The notes: a model not told the origin generated them from the letters alone. A stretch of DNA of 40,746 nucleotides from Octopus bimaculoides (GCF_001194135.2 NC_068984.1:132981327-133022072), one strand, 5' to 3'; positions 22,443 to 35,115 are shown, counted from the stretch's first letter. Numbers and translations: made by a program.

Positions 22443-23512
22443 GGGTCAAGCTAAAGTGTTTTTGCAACAAAAAGTGCAATAGGTGTACCACAACATGTGG
22501 TAAACGAATATGTAAAAAATTAAAAAAATGCGCGCTGGTAAATGGGGTACGGGGAAGAGGATTCGGAAAATTCACATCGGGAATGTTCCGAGTCCTCTCA
22601 CCACTTCTCNNNNNNNNNNNNNNNNNNNNNNNNNNNNNNNNNNNNNNNNNNNNNNNNNNNNNNNNNNNNNNNNNNNNNNNNNNNNNNNNNNNNNNNNNNN
22701 NNNNNNNNNNNNNNNNNNNNNNNNNNNNNNNNNNNNNNNNNNNNNNNNNNNNNNNNNNNNNNNNNNNNNNNNNNNNNNNNNNNNNNNNNNNNNNNNNNNN
22801 NNNNNNNNNNNNNNNNNNNNNNNNNNNNNNNNNNNNNNNNNNNNNNNNNNNNNNNNNNNNNNNNNNNNNNNNNNNNNNNNNNNNNNNNNNNNNNNNNNNN
22901 NNNNNNNNNNNNNNNNNNNNNNNNNNNNNNNNNNNNNNNNNNNNNNNNNNNNNNNNNNNNNNNNNNNNNNNNNNNNNNNNNNNNNNNNNNNNNNNNNNNN
23001 NNNNNNNNNNNNNNNNNNNNNNNNNNNNNNNNNNNNNNNNNNNNNNNNNNNNNNNNNNNNNNNNNNNNNNNNNNNNNNNNNNNNNNNNNNNNNNNNNNNN
23101 NNNNNNNNNNNNNNNNNNNNNNNNNNNNNNNNNNNNNNNNNNNNNNNNNNNNNNNNNNNNNNNNNNNNNNNNNNNNNNNNNNNNNNNNNNNNNNNNNNNN
23201 NNNNNNNNNNNNNNNNNNNNNNNNNNNNNNNNNNNNNNNNNNNNNNNNNNNNNNNNNNNNNNNNNNNNNNNNNNNNNNNNNNNNNNNNNNNNNNNNNNNN
23301 NNNNNNNNNNNNNNNNNNNNNNNNNNNNNNNNNNNNNNNNNNNNNNNNNNNNNNNNNNNNNNNNNNNNNNNNNNNNNNNNNNNNNNNNNNNNNNNNNNNN
23401 NNNNNNNNNNNNNNNNNNNNNNNNNNNNNTTTTTTTTCATATTCGTTTACTACATGTTGTACACCTATTGCACTACTTTTTTTTTTCTCAACTCAAACAC
23501 TTTACTTTGACC
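22443..23512. mobile_element. TIR element (MITE or DNA transposon) spanning an assembly gap
   Basis: Left arm ggtcaagctaaagtgttt...gtgcaataggtgtaccacaacatgtggtaaacgaatatg and right arm catattcgtttactacatgttgtacacctattgcac...aaacactttactttgacc are imperfect inverted repeats of about 85 bp. Confidence 0.7.
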
Positions 23513-24314
23513 GAATTAAGTACGAGTACCTTTTATGTATGAGAACAAAAAAGCCATAAAACTTTATGTACCATGCAGTTAATGTTATAAAGAATTGTTT
23601 ATTATTGTTTTCATTTTGTTGTTTTACAATTATTCTTCCAGTCGATTGGAGCAAATGTTTTTATGACTGGATGCCCACCTACACCACTCAACTTGCGTCT
23701 TGATGGAACCTGTTGTCACAAAGGCAAACAGAGTTATGTACCTTAGGTTGGGTATAATTATTAAATGTCGATATTATTGGTGAATATTACTGTTAATTGT
23801 AGTAATTTTAATTTACTGGTAAAATCACTATAACTATGTTGTCAGCTGTTCAGTACCTTGACCTTACAACAATTGTGTTTCATGTAACAATACTACATTG
23901 TCAAGAGACAGAAATTACATTCAATTTCGTTATGGGAGAGAGAAGCACACAAATATCTCAACAACTTGTGTTTCAGTTCCTGAAGCTGTTGGAGCCCTGT
24001 ATAATTCACGGGTCATTCATTAACTTGGAATATTGAGTTCAAATTTTGCTATGAATGTTACCTAAAAAAGAATTAATTCTTTCAGTTTGGTGTGTCCTAT
24101 GAAGATGAAATATTTACTTGACACTTAGGCACTTGTATGAAAACCTAATGGATTACAAGACTAAAAGCAAAGAAGTAACCATCTGATTTAATATCTCTTT
24201 GTTTGGATAATGTGTAGCGATTTAATATATATCATTTATTGCAGATCTTGATAAAAAAAAAACAACAACTTGTAAATGATTAATTCTTTTTAAACTTACT
24301 TTATCTTATAATAT

Positions 24315-24560
24315 CACTGCATCAACCAGTCTATCAGATCTTGTTATACACTGCTGGTCACAATGTGCTTTCTCACATTGTTGTAGCTTTTGAATGACAC
24401 TATCCACTACCTAGGTGAACAGGCCAACATTCCCCTCCAACAGAATGCCAGTCCATCATGGGGTTACAGCTGAGTGGACTGGAACAACATGAAATGAAAT
24501 TTTTTGCCCAGAAACACAACACGTCACTTGTCTGGGAATCAAATCACAATCTACGGCAAC
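24315..24560 (-). mobile_element. SINE-like repeat family E
   Basis: aggccaacattccc...gactggaacaacatgaaatgaaattttttgccc shared with 27780-27940. Confidence 0.65.
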
Positions 24561-24884
24561 CCTAAAAACTAAGGTGTCACCTTCATATCTTGTAATATCT
24601 AACATTAAAAACATGTGACCTAGTAATAATTTATTTGCTGATTTTTATTTTTTCAGTTTTAAACACCTTATAACTCAATACCAGTGTTTTCCAACATATT
24701 TTCTCCCAGGTCCCACTATACCTTTCCAAAAAAATGTATGCCCTACCAGTTGTTGGAAGAAAAAGCAACTTTATTTTTAATATCTTATCATAATTATTCA
24801 ACATGAAAGAATCTACCAATAACTCTTTTATTAAGTACTGAGTATAAAAAATAATACATTATTGACTAAGAAAAAGAAAGTGAA

Positions 24885-25044
24885 TCACTTTAATGAGCAT
24901 CTTGTGCCTAACAACTATGGCACCATGCTCCATCACAATTTTCCCCACCGGTGGGGCATGCCCCACATTGAGAATCACTGCTCTATACAAAGTGTAGAGT
25001 CACTTTAATGAGCATCTTGTGCCTGACAGCTACAGCACCATGCC
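24885..25044. repeat. 45-bp direct duplication (period 115) enclosing a hAT-like terminus
   Basis: tcactttaatgagcatcttgtgcct... at 24885 and 25000; between them ttgagaatcactg (reverse complement CAGTGATTCTCAA, Charlie-type TIR-like) at 24968-24980. Confidence 0.75.
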
Positions 25045-25109
25045 CCGTTTTCCTCCTACAAACACACACAGACATACACACCTGCACACGGACATCCTTA
25101 AAAAGCTAT

Positions 25110-25242
25110 GGGAATTGTCTCTCAGGGCATCCAGTTGTAGAAACCATACCAAATCAAACTGGAGTCTGGTGTAGCCCCTCAGCTTGCAAGCCCCGGTCAA
25201 AACGTCCAACCCATGCCAGCATGGACAACATACGTTAAATGG

Positions 25243-25278
<36 letters not shown>
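25110..25278 (+). mobile_element. Repeat family C, 3' part with (GAT)n tail
   Basis: gggcatccagttgtagaaacc...gtccaacccatgccagcatggacaacatacgttaaatggtgatgatgatg. Confidence 0.85.
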
Positions 25279-25354
25279 GTATCTTTAAACAAAACATTAT
25301 TGAAATAAGAAAAATTCAATGCTTACCTTTTCGATGGAATAAACTCACTGCAAT

Positions 25355-25610
25355 ATTTTCTATCTTTTGTCTTTTACTCATTTCAGTCATTATACTGCAG
25401 CCATGTTGAGCACCATCTTGAAGGACCGACTCAAACAAATTCACCCAAGTACTTATTTTTAAAACTTGGTACTTATCCTATCACTCTCTTTTACCAAAGT
25501 GCTAAGTTGCTGGGGCATAAACAAACCAACATCAATTGTCAAGTGGAGGTGGGACAAACATCACACCAAAAGAAAGATACACATACCTATATGTATATAT
25601 ATATGTATCA
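25355..25610 (-). mobile_element. SINE family A, 3' half, diverged
   Basis: cttttactcatttcagtcattatactgcagccatgttgagcaccatc...gctaagttgctggggcataaacaaacc. Confidence 0.85.
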
Positions 25611-26073
25611 TCATCATCATCATCATCGTCGTTTAACGTCCGCTNNNNNNNNNNNNNNNNNNNNNNNNNNNNNNNNNNNNNNNNNNNNNNNNNNNNNNNN
25701 NNNNNNNNNNNNNNNNNNNNNNNNNNNNNNNNNNNNNNNNNNNNNNNNNNNNNNNNNNNNNNNNNNNNNNNNNNNNNNNNNNNNNNNNNNNNNNNNNNNN
25801 NNNNNNNNNNNNNNNNNNNNNNNNNNNNNNNNNNNNNNNNNNNNNNNNNNNNNNNNNNNNNNNNNNNNNNNNNNNNNNNNNNNNNNNNNNNNNNNNNNNN
25901 NNNNNNNNNNNNNNNNNNNNNNNNNNNNNNNNNNNNNNNNNNNNNNNNNNNNNNNNNNNNNNNNNNNNNNNNNNNNNNNNNNNNNNNNNNNNNNNNNNNN
26001 NNNNNNNNNNNNNNNNNNNNNNNNNNNNNNNNNNNNNNNNNNNNNNNNNNNNNNNNNNNNNNNNNNNNNNNNN

Positions 26074-26113
<40 letters not shown>

Positions 26114-26159
26114 CCACATAATATATATGCATACACACATATATAAGAAGCCTATTGTA

Positions 26160-26198
<39 letters not shown>

Positions 26199-26734
26199 CT
26201 CAGGGTTGCGAAAGATTTAGAAATTCATTTTGCTACCAGTGGTCTAGCGAGAAGAAAAAAAACTAGTCAATAGACTATATATTATTCATATAAATACATA
26301 CAGTGTACATTTAAACACATAAGAGAGATGTCCACAATAGGACCCGCTAGAAGGAGCAGTCAAACTCCAAACCACAATTAGGGATATATTTTTTATTTTT
26401 TATTTTTTATTTTTCATTCCCTTTCAAACTGTTTAAGCAATCTTCTCAACCACACTGCTACACCCACACCTGTGATGCATAATAGATGAACTCATTAGTG
26501 GTAAACTTAATCTGTCTTTTAGTTTACCACAACCACCTGATTCTTCAATGGCTTTAGTAGAATCAAATTCTGTTGCAAACATTTGACCCCAGGGTTCTGG
26601 TTTATGAATAATGCAGTATTTTGATGTATTGCTTCTTCTTTTTCCTCCAACAGTCTTAGAGGCCTCCCAAGAGTCATGACCATAGCCATTTCTTCTGTGA
26701 CTAAGCCATCAAAAATAAAACTATAGTCATATAG

Positions 26735-27115
26735 CATCAGATGGTACCATCACATTTCAATCAAAGAACTGCATGCGCATACACATTAGCCTGCAGCCTC
26801 CTACCTCATAGCTATCTATCGCATGTTCTGGTACAGACATGTGCTCTATTTCCTGCTAGATCATCCTACCATGGCTTTACTCTCATTCAATGCAGCAGTT
26901 GCAGGCTGGAAGAGATCTCTTGGCAGGCCCTGCACCAGATGGCTGGACATCATTAAGGAAGATCTCCAGAGGCTTGACACAGCCTTGGAGGACGCACAGG
27001 GGCTGGCACGGGAATGCCAGCAATGGAGAGCACTGCTGAGCCTAGTCAACTCTGTACATGATGACGTCTCTGGGACCACTAACCTGGGATGACCCCAGCC
27101 CTATGAAGCAAGCAG
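26735..27115 (+). mobile_element. RTE-clade LINE 3' fragment
   Basis: RWYHHISIKELHAHTH*PAASYLIAIYRMFWYRHVL...AGWKRSLGRPCTRWLDIIKEDLQRL...ARECQQWRALL; the WxGHVxR / KRxxGRPxxRWxD / WR pattern of RTE ORF C-termini. Confidence 0.8.
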
Positions 27116-27710
27116 TCATATGGCATACAGAATGACTTAAACAACTGGTTCCAGTTACTTTCTAGAGAAGTATCCACTATCATAAACACTTGGATATTTA
27201 ATTTGAGGGCATGACTGACTGAGTGTATAGGATACAAGACAAGTGTTAGGAGCTTAGTAGGCCATATCCTTGTCACTAAGTATTACTTTGTGTCCATGCT
27301 CATAACATTTAACTTCCAAATGATTCATTGTAACTAACTGTGAATAGGTATCACAAGATAAGCAAAACTTGCCACTCTGAACAGAGTCAGCATCCATAAA
27401 TTGGATAAGTAGTTTGTTATCTTCTAACCTGAGTTTCACTCCTTCTGTGAGTAACAGCTTGGAAAGAAATGTATTCTAGCAGGCTTATTGCCCAAAGTAT
27501 ATGTTACATAAAGCCTTTGCTGTAAGGAAATTTATTTACAGTCACCACTATTTAACAAATATTGCACAGAAAAAATTTCTTAAACATTTTCTACAAATTT
27601 CCTAGGCACATTGTAAATGAACTGATTTGTAAACATTCTAAAGTTTGAAGTGTGTGTGTGTGAAAGAGAGAGACAGACAGATGGACAGAGAAATGCCAAA
27701 TGTTTAATAC

Positions 27711-27743
<33 letters not shown>

Positions 27744-27779
27744 TGCACAAATATATATACATAATAATCATGTGATCAC

Positions 27780-28185
27780 ATAACCAGCCAGACTATCAAA
27801 TGTTATTACACATTGCTGATTACAATGCGCTTTGCATTGTTTTAGCCATCGAATGATACCACCCTGCTGGTTAGGTGAGTAGGCCAACATTCCCTCTTGA
27901 TCAAAAGGGGACTGGAGTTACATGAAATGAAGTGTTTTGCCAGTCCTCAGTCAAATCGTCCAACCCATGCTAGCATGGAAAGTGGACGTTAAACAATGAT
28001 GATGATGATGATGATATATACATATATATACGATGGGCTTCTTTCAGTTTCCATCTACCAAATCCACTTACAAGTGGCTGGCCTGAGGCTTTAGTAGAAG
28101 ACAATTGCCCAAGGTGCCATGCGGTGGGACTGAACCCAGAACCATGTGGTTGGGAAGCAAGCTTCTTACCACACAGCCATGCCTA
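27780..28185. mobile_element. Nested cluster: family E fragment (-), family C tail (+, 27941-28015), family A head (-, 28010-28185)
   Basis: Each block matches other copies in this window. Confidence 0.8.
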
Positions 28186-29006
28186 GAAAAAAAATGAATG
28201 TAAATTTTGTTGTGAAAATGACAATGACAATAAGTTGATTTGAATTAAACTCTTATCAGAATGGAAGTAAAAATATACACATTGGAAGTGAGAGTTGTAA
28301 CTATCCATATTAGAAAGGAATTGGAAAATATCCTTGATAGAAGGAACTGTGAGGATATCCATGTCAAAAGTAGGAATGGAAATATTCTTGTCAGAAAATA
28401 AATAAGTTATAAAAGTGTCAGTTTACCATATAAAGTCATTGGTATGTTGTCCTATAAATAGGTGCCATGGGAGGTATGGCTCATTACTATGTAATTAACA
28501 AAGGAATGTATTGTTGTTATGTTGTGTTATTTAACCCTAGGTCATTCCTGATTGAGTTAGCCAATCTAACATTACCTGCTGTCTTTTTCCAGACATGTTA
28601 TGTTAGATTACATTACTCCATGTGCCTGATAGCTCACCCTTCAAGAAATAACAACCAAATCTCCTCAGATTACATCCTGCAATTTTAAAAAGGAAGGATA
28701 TATTGGACACAGGCCATCATTACAATCCAGCTTGGCAATCTATATGCAACACTTGATAGAAATACAGCCTCATTTTTTCCAAATCGCGTTCTTCCATCTT
28801 AAAAAAAGGAGATTTTGAAGAAGTGTAGTAGATACATTTGTGCCTTTTAAAAAAAATGAAAAAATACATGGAATAAAATGGTTGGGTGTGATTTAGAAGA
28901 AATTTGGCTGCTATTTTTAGCAGATATTTTGTTGACCTGTAAAGACGTTGGTTGTTGTTGTGTGACACTAAATAAGCTTTGATTGCGCAGAAATACTTCT
29001 AATGCA

Positions 29007-29217
29007 AGGCGACAAGCTGGCAGAAACATTAGCATGCTGGGCAAAATGCTTAACTGTATTTCGTCTGCCGCTACGTTCTGAGTTCAAATTCCACTGAGGT
29101 CGACTTTGCCTTTCATCCTTTCAGGGTCAATAAATTAAGTACCAGTTGCATACTGGGGTCACTCTAATCGACTGGCCCCCTCCCCCAAAATTTCGGGCCT
29201 TGTGCCTAGAGTAGAAA
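29007..29217 (+). mobile_element. SINE family B, full length, 18-bp TSD
   Basis: TSD agaaatacttctaatgca at 28989-29006 and 29218-29235; tail variant ggccttgtgcctagagtagaaaag. Confidence 0.95.
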
Positions 29218-29589
29218 AGAAATACTTCTAATGCATTCTGCCTTCTTTAAGATTGTTGTGATTTGAGGAATATTTGGCTGCTATTTCTAGCAGGCTGGGT
29301 GACCACACCAAAGCTGCCTTTGTTGGCTCATGATGATGACAGTTATTCTGTATAGCGGTAAGGGCAGATAATAAAGAATGAAAATGTGAAAACTGGGAAT
29401 TATAAATATGTGTGGGTGCAGAGAGAGAGAGAAAGATAGATGTGTTATAGAAATATGTAGAAATCAAAGGAAGACCTATGAACAAAGTATATTGCAGAGC
29501 AGTGACACCTCGTGTATAGGAACTGCAGCATCCCCTATTTCCACTTGATATTATCAATAACATTCAATATAATGAGTCTTTTTTGGCCC

Positions 29590-29771
29590 TTTCAGGAAAG
29601 GGGCTAGTCAATAACATTGAACCCCAGTGCTCAACTGGTGTTTATTTTATTGACCCTGAAAGATGAATGGTAAAGTCAGCCTCATTGGAACTTGAACTCA
29701 GATTGTAAAGACAAGTGACATGCCGCTAAGCCTTTTGCCCAGCATGCTAATGGTTCTGCCAACTTGCCACC
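29590..29771 (-). mobile_element. SINE family B, diverged
   Basis: accccagtgctcaactggtg...gaactcagattgtaaag...ttctgccaacttgccacc. Confidence 0.85.
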
Positions 29772-29879
29772 TTAAACCCACCTTTATATGCACTCCCTGT
29801 TATAATGTGGAAGACATTGTACTCTGCTCCTCTATCTCTTATTACATGCTTTTTGTTTTATTTACATCAAATCTCAAAA

Positions 29880-30348
29880 ATCGAAATCATAATTGAATCA
29901 AATTCGATGACTGGCACCCACGCCAGTGGAGCGCTAACAGCACCGTCCGAGCGTGATCTTTGCCAGAGCAGCTGTCTGGCTTCCGTGCCGGTGGCATGTA
30001 AATAGCACCATTTGAGCGTGATCGTTACCAGCATTGCCTTACTGGCACGTAAAAAACACATTTGAGCGAGGTCATTGCCAGTGCCGCTGGACTGGCTCCT
30101 GTGCAGGTGGCACATAAGAAACACCATCTGAGCGTGGCCGTTGCCCGTACCACCTGACTGGCCCTTGTGCTGGTGGCACATAAAAGCACCAATTACACTC
30201 TTGGAGTGGTTGGCGTTAGGAAGGGCATCCAGCTGTAGAAACTCTGCCAGATCAGGTTGGAGCCTGGTGCAGCCATCTGGTTTACCAGTCCTCAGTCAAA
30301 TCGTCCAACCCATGCTAGCATGGAAAGCGGACGTTAAACGATGATGAT
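29880..30348 (+). mobile_element. Repeat family C, long copy with internal tandem subrepeats of about 65-70 bp and a (GAT)n tail
   Basis: Four imperfect units of gtgccggtggcacgtaaaaagcaccatttgagcgtgatcgttgcca type, then tggcgttaggaagggcatccagctgtagaaac...ggacgttaaacgatgatgatg. Confidence 0.85.
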
Positions 30349-31974
30349 GAACCTCAATGCATTCCTATTTTCCATGAGTTAAGACTTCAAAAACAATCAG
30401 CTGTGAGGAAAGAGAAACTTCATCTTTTCACAAAAACATAACCTACCCTATTAAACTAATTTTATTACATGTAGCTCAGTGTTTGAGGTACAAATATTTC
30501 CTGGGTTATCACATGTAGCTAACTATTTATGACACAAGTATCTCTTGCTTTATGTAGTGGTTTCCATATGTATTTGTGGGGTCGAGTGTGAAATCTAATT
30601 CAACATCACTCAATTCTACTGCATTGCTGCTATACACAGCAGTGAGTTTTACAATCCATGGTACCTATTTAGAGATAGTTGGTATAATTCATTGACAGTT
30701 AAATTTCATGGCCATTGATATATACAATACCAGTGAACTGCTGATCTCTTGGCTGGTTTTCTTGTACTCTTTAAATCCAACATAACTATATCCTCACTGT
30801 TCAAGAACAATAAAACACAGCTCCACTCTACATATTTCATTTGAATGTGGGTGTATGATTACGGTCGATTTCATTGTTTGATATTAGTTTTATGCATCCC
30901 AAAGGCAGCGATCTGGCGGAATCGTTGGCACCCCGGACAGGGTGCTTGGTCTTACAATCCTCTGATAATCTTCCTTGGGGACCTTACATATACCATACAA
31001 CTGAGGCTGCATCACAAAAGTAGTTTTTCTTGTAAAAGCTAGAAAATATCTCAACTGGTCTGGTTTTGTAGGTGAAGCAGATGAGAGATGAACTCTACTT
31101 CTAGATAGGACACCAGTCTATTTGCATGTAACATTCTTTTTTTTTAAATAATTCATCAGAGAAGCTGAGACAGTGCTCTGACATTTGTAAGCCCGATTAG
31201 ATTGATGGGATTGATGCAGTTAATTAATATTCATTATGAATATTTGTAGCGTATGTAGGTCAACGTTGCAGGAAAAGCAACATTGGAAAGTCTAGAGGAT
31301 TGTATTTCTTGCATAGTTAAGTGTGCAGTCTGGAAAGTGAGACACAGTGGCAGAGTTTGTGATTGCAGCATGATCTGGAAATGTATTCTAGACAGCCAAG
31401 GGAACTGAGGCAAACTAAAATGTTTTGCCTGTGAACAAGTATCCCAATAACTAATGCACTGAATCATCTCACTTCTGCTTCTGCAGTGTTGTACAACTGA
31501 TTAGATAAACATGAATATTAGCTCTGTGATTCATGACCAAATCAGACAAAGATGATAATGATTGGAAAAAAAAAAAAATGGTATTCAATAGGTCATCAGT
31601 AAAGTTTGATGAAAGATTAAATCTATATATATATAATACAACCACTTTACCATAATTTTTTTAAAAATTCACTCTTGAACTCAAAAGCTGTCAGTCAACT
31701 GATAAAATGAAATAAAATATATTTTTTGTCTAAATGCCATACTTTTTTTTATATAAAAAGGTGACCTTCTGATCTTAATAAAAGATAACAGTTAACATTA
31801 TTAAAAATAAAGGAATTGTGAGAATTCAAAAATTAAATTATTGATTTGTTCTTGCTTTTGTACAAGATCATGAATTGATAGTGGAGGTGAATGGAATTGT
31901 GAGATGCCTCCAAGAGCAAGCCAATCTTTGTTCTATGTTCTACAATATTTACTGGAATGTTTTAATATTGGTTT

Positions 31975-32100
31975 CAAATTTTGGCACAAAGCCAGAAAAT
32001 TTAGTGGGCAGGGTTAGTCAATTACATCGACCCCAGTGCTCAACTGGTACTTATTTTGTCAACCATGAAAGGATGAAAGTCAATCCTGGCAGCATTCTGG
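31975..32100 (-). mobile_element. SINE family B fragment
   Basis: attacatcgaccccagtgctcaactggtacttattttgtcaaccatgaaaggatgaaagtcaa. Confidence 0.75.
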
Positions 32101-34514
32101 CCCTGTATTTTGTAAGAAACCAATATTAAAAATATGTAGCAACAACAGAGCTGAGGTTAAAGTACCACAATTTAACACTGCATACTAAATACTTATAGTG
32201 TAGGATCTTATGCATGCAGTATTAGAAAAATTTCAATTCAGTGAAATTAGTAGAGAAAATCCCTACCGAGGAGTTTTGAAAATGTAAAAATAATAAGCAA
32301 GGGTCATAACTCCAACAATATCAGCCAGCTGAAATTTTTGGAAAATTTTGAATAATACTGGCCTCAATTCTTCAGAGCTATGTTTATGTACATAGTAAAT
32401 AATGTTCTAACAAGTGTATAACACCAAACTCCAGCTATTTATTATTTTTTATCTTTTGGTATAAAATTGTTGAGTTTTCCTATGACTCTGTACGAGACTT
32501 GTTCAACCTTTCTCTAGCAAAAGGTCTTACAAGACATTGCTTCATTGTAAATCAGGCCATACCACTAAGATAAATTAACAGAGTACGATATATATTACAT
32601 GAAGTCAGAGAAATTTGTTTGAGAGAAAGTGTGATTGAATGAAAGAGAGAAAAAAACAAAATTGTTCAAATTAACAGAGTCAAAGCTAAATATATTAGAA
32701 AATTTAAATGAAAACTCATTGTTTATTTAATAATGGTATTATGAGTATCATACCAAAAGGCATTGAGGCGACATGTAGCTCAAACACTGGTAGGTTGTCC
32801 ATGCCAGCTCAGTACCAAACTAGTTGATTTTAAGTCTCAAGATTTGTAAATAATTAAGTTTCAGAGGAAACAGCTTCATTTGAATTATGTCACCAACAGG
32901 AAAAATATTAACGTCACAACTTTCTTCTTTGCCTTATGAAAATATTCCAGTTTTCATTGGATTTTGATAACATATACTTAATAAGCTAACAGAACAGCAT
33001 CTACGTATTTCCTACTCTGCTTAGAATGGTGTCACATACTCCCACTCCACCCCAACAAAGGCAGGATGGTCACAACCAGAACATGAAATTTAAGCATCTG
33101 CCATCTTTTAAGCATAGCATGTCAGGAACATTGTACTTATGGGTTGGGTTGTTATAAACGTTTTTGATTTGTTAATTGTATGTCATCACCCTATTCACAA
33201 AGATCTAATTGAGGCCATTCAACTTTATCATGATTTCCTTTGACAGGGAATGATCACAGAAATTTCCTTCTGAACTCTCTCCGTTCCTTAGGAGCCCATC
33301 ACTCGTTAACAGTTTTCTTATGCATCTGCCATTTTTTTTATAACCACCTGTTCAACATCATTAGCTGTTATCTTCATTTTACACCAACTCTTTTTCTTTT
33401 ATCAACTAATCATTCTTGTTGCAAATAGTTTGTATAGCAATCATGAAAGTTTTACTCGAATGATCTTGAATGATGCAGCTACACCAAAGCTATCACTGTT
33501 TCTGAATTAATTCAGAAATTGTCTAATAATTGGGCCTACTCAATATCAGCAATTACCAATAATTGTTTCATTATTTTCCAACAGAACAGCAAAGAATCTG
33601 CTGCTAATTGAATGACAGAGGTAGTTATTATTAAACTTGAAGCAGCAATGAAAACACTTAAATCGAAAGATGAACTTGTAAAATCTTTGATGGTTTCATC
33701 AAATGAATGGATTTCAAGCATGTGAGTTAGAACATTTTTTTTTTGTATTTTCTTTGTGAAACCTAATATTTATAATTAGACATAAAAGTTGATGTATAAC
33801 TAATTAATTATTCTAGAAAAATTAGGCGACTTATGTAAGTATGGAAAAAGCTTGATATCAACCTCCATTTTTGGTTGATTTATAGTTAATTGTTCAGAGA
33901 TGCTTATTTTCTTTTACTTATAATTTTGGTGTTAATATTTGCTGTATAATTTCTCTCCCAAAGAGCAATGTTGCATTTCATGGCTATTTTGGGGGAAAAT
34001 ATTTCAAAAATTCTTCAGTGTATACTTTTATCCTACCTATGTACATTCCATATATATANNNNNNNNNNNNNNNNNNNNNNNNNNNNNNNNNNNNNNNNNN
34101 NNNNNNNNNNNNNNNNNNNNNNNNNNNNNNNNNNNNNNNNNNNNNNNNNNNNNNNNNNNNNNNNNNNNNNNNNNNNNNNNNNNNNNNNNNNNNNNNNNNN
34201 NNNNNNNNNNNNNNNNNNNNNNNNNNNNNNNNNNNNNNNNNNNNNNNNNNNNNNNNNNNNNNNNNNNNNNNNNNNNNNNNNNNNNNNNNNNNNNNNNNNN
34301 NNNNNNNNNNNNNNNNNNNNNNNNNNNNNNNNNNNNNNNNNNNNNNNNNNNNNNNNNNNNNNNNNNNNNNNNNNNNNNNNNNNNNNNNNNNNNNNNNNNN
34401 NNNNNNNNNNNNNNNNNNNNNNNNNNNNNNNTATATATATATAGATGCTATGTTGGACCACTAAACTCAACAGGTTGTTTTTCATTCTCTCTCTCCATTT
34501 CATTCTTTCATTCT

Positions 34515-34650
34515 CTCTCTATTCCTTTCTGTCGAAGAGTGTAGGCTCGAGACGTAAAAGACTTTTCCATTTTTCCCAAGCATCAAACTAATACACTTGC
34601 TTGTTGTTCCTACACTTGTCTTTGTCTTTGTTTTTCTATAAATTTGAACT
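34515..34650 (+). mobile_element. Possible Penelope-like terminal repeat fragment with a decayed hammerhead-like core
   Basis: ctgtcgaagagtgtaggctcgagacgt resembles CTGANGA-GAG(loop)CTC-GAAACG with substitutions at both conserved blocks. Confidence 0.35.
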
Positions 34651-35115
34651 ACACACACACACACACACACATACATATGTATATATAGAATCATTTGTTT
34701 TACACTTGATTTTCTATGTTAGTGTGTGCTAAATGAATATTGTATTCAGGCATTGTTTTACAGCTGGATGCCCTTCCTGTCACTAACCTTCTAACTCATC
34801 TGTTTTTAAGTAACAGATGTCATATTTCACATATCTATTACATGTCTGTGTAATTTTTCATGCAATTCCACCCAGCTGTTTGACCATGAATCCCAAGACA
34901 AGAAAGAATTGATCGTGTCAAATTTATGTGTATATATATATATACACACATACATATATATACATACATACAGAGTGTACTGAATGCTTTTACCCAGCAC
35001 AGCATAGGTGCTTTTTACATGGCACCAGCACTTACAAACCTGACCTGCAAGATTAGGGATACTCAGCTGGAGAGGGTTGCAAAAGATGACCCTGTATGCA
35101 AGGGCGACCATGCAT

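Noticed and set aside
22528-23559. Long ORFs of 150-340 aa here and at 25507-26273 and 33939-34544
   Set aside because: Artefacts of N gaps, which contain no stop codons.
24088-24128. gtgtc...atgaagatg...gacac minimal hammerhead-like pattern
   Set aside because: Both conserved cores are broken and stem II is not credible; within chance.
25327-25347. 21-nt minus-strand microexon (GTAAGC donor)
   Set aside because: The upstream acceptor region is a purine-rich SINE tail with no polypyrimidine tract.
27254-27439. 61-aa minus-strand ORF as a terminal coding exon
   Set aside because: No recognisable motif or matching upstream exon; length is within chance.
29880-30200. CRISPR-like repeat array
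   Set aside because: Imperfect tandem subrepeats inside a eukaryotic repeat, with no unique spacers and no cas genes.
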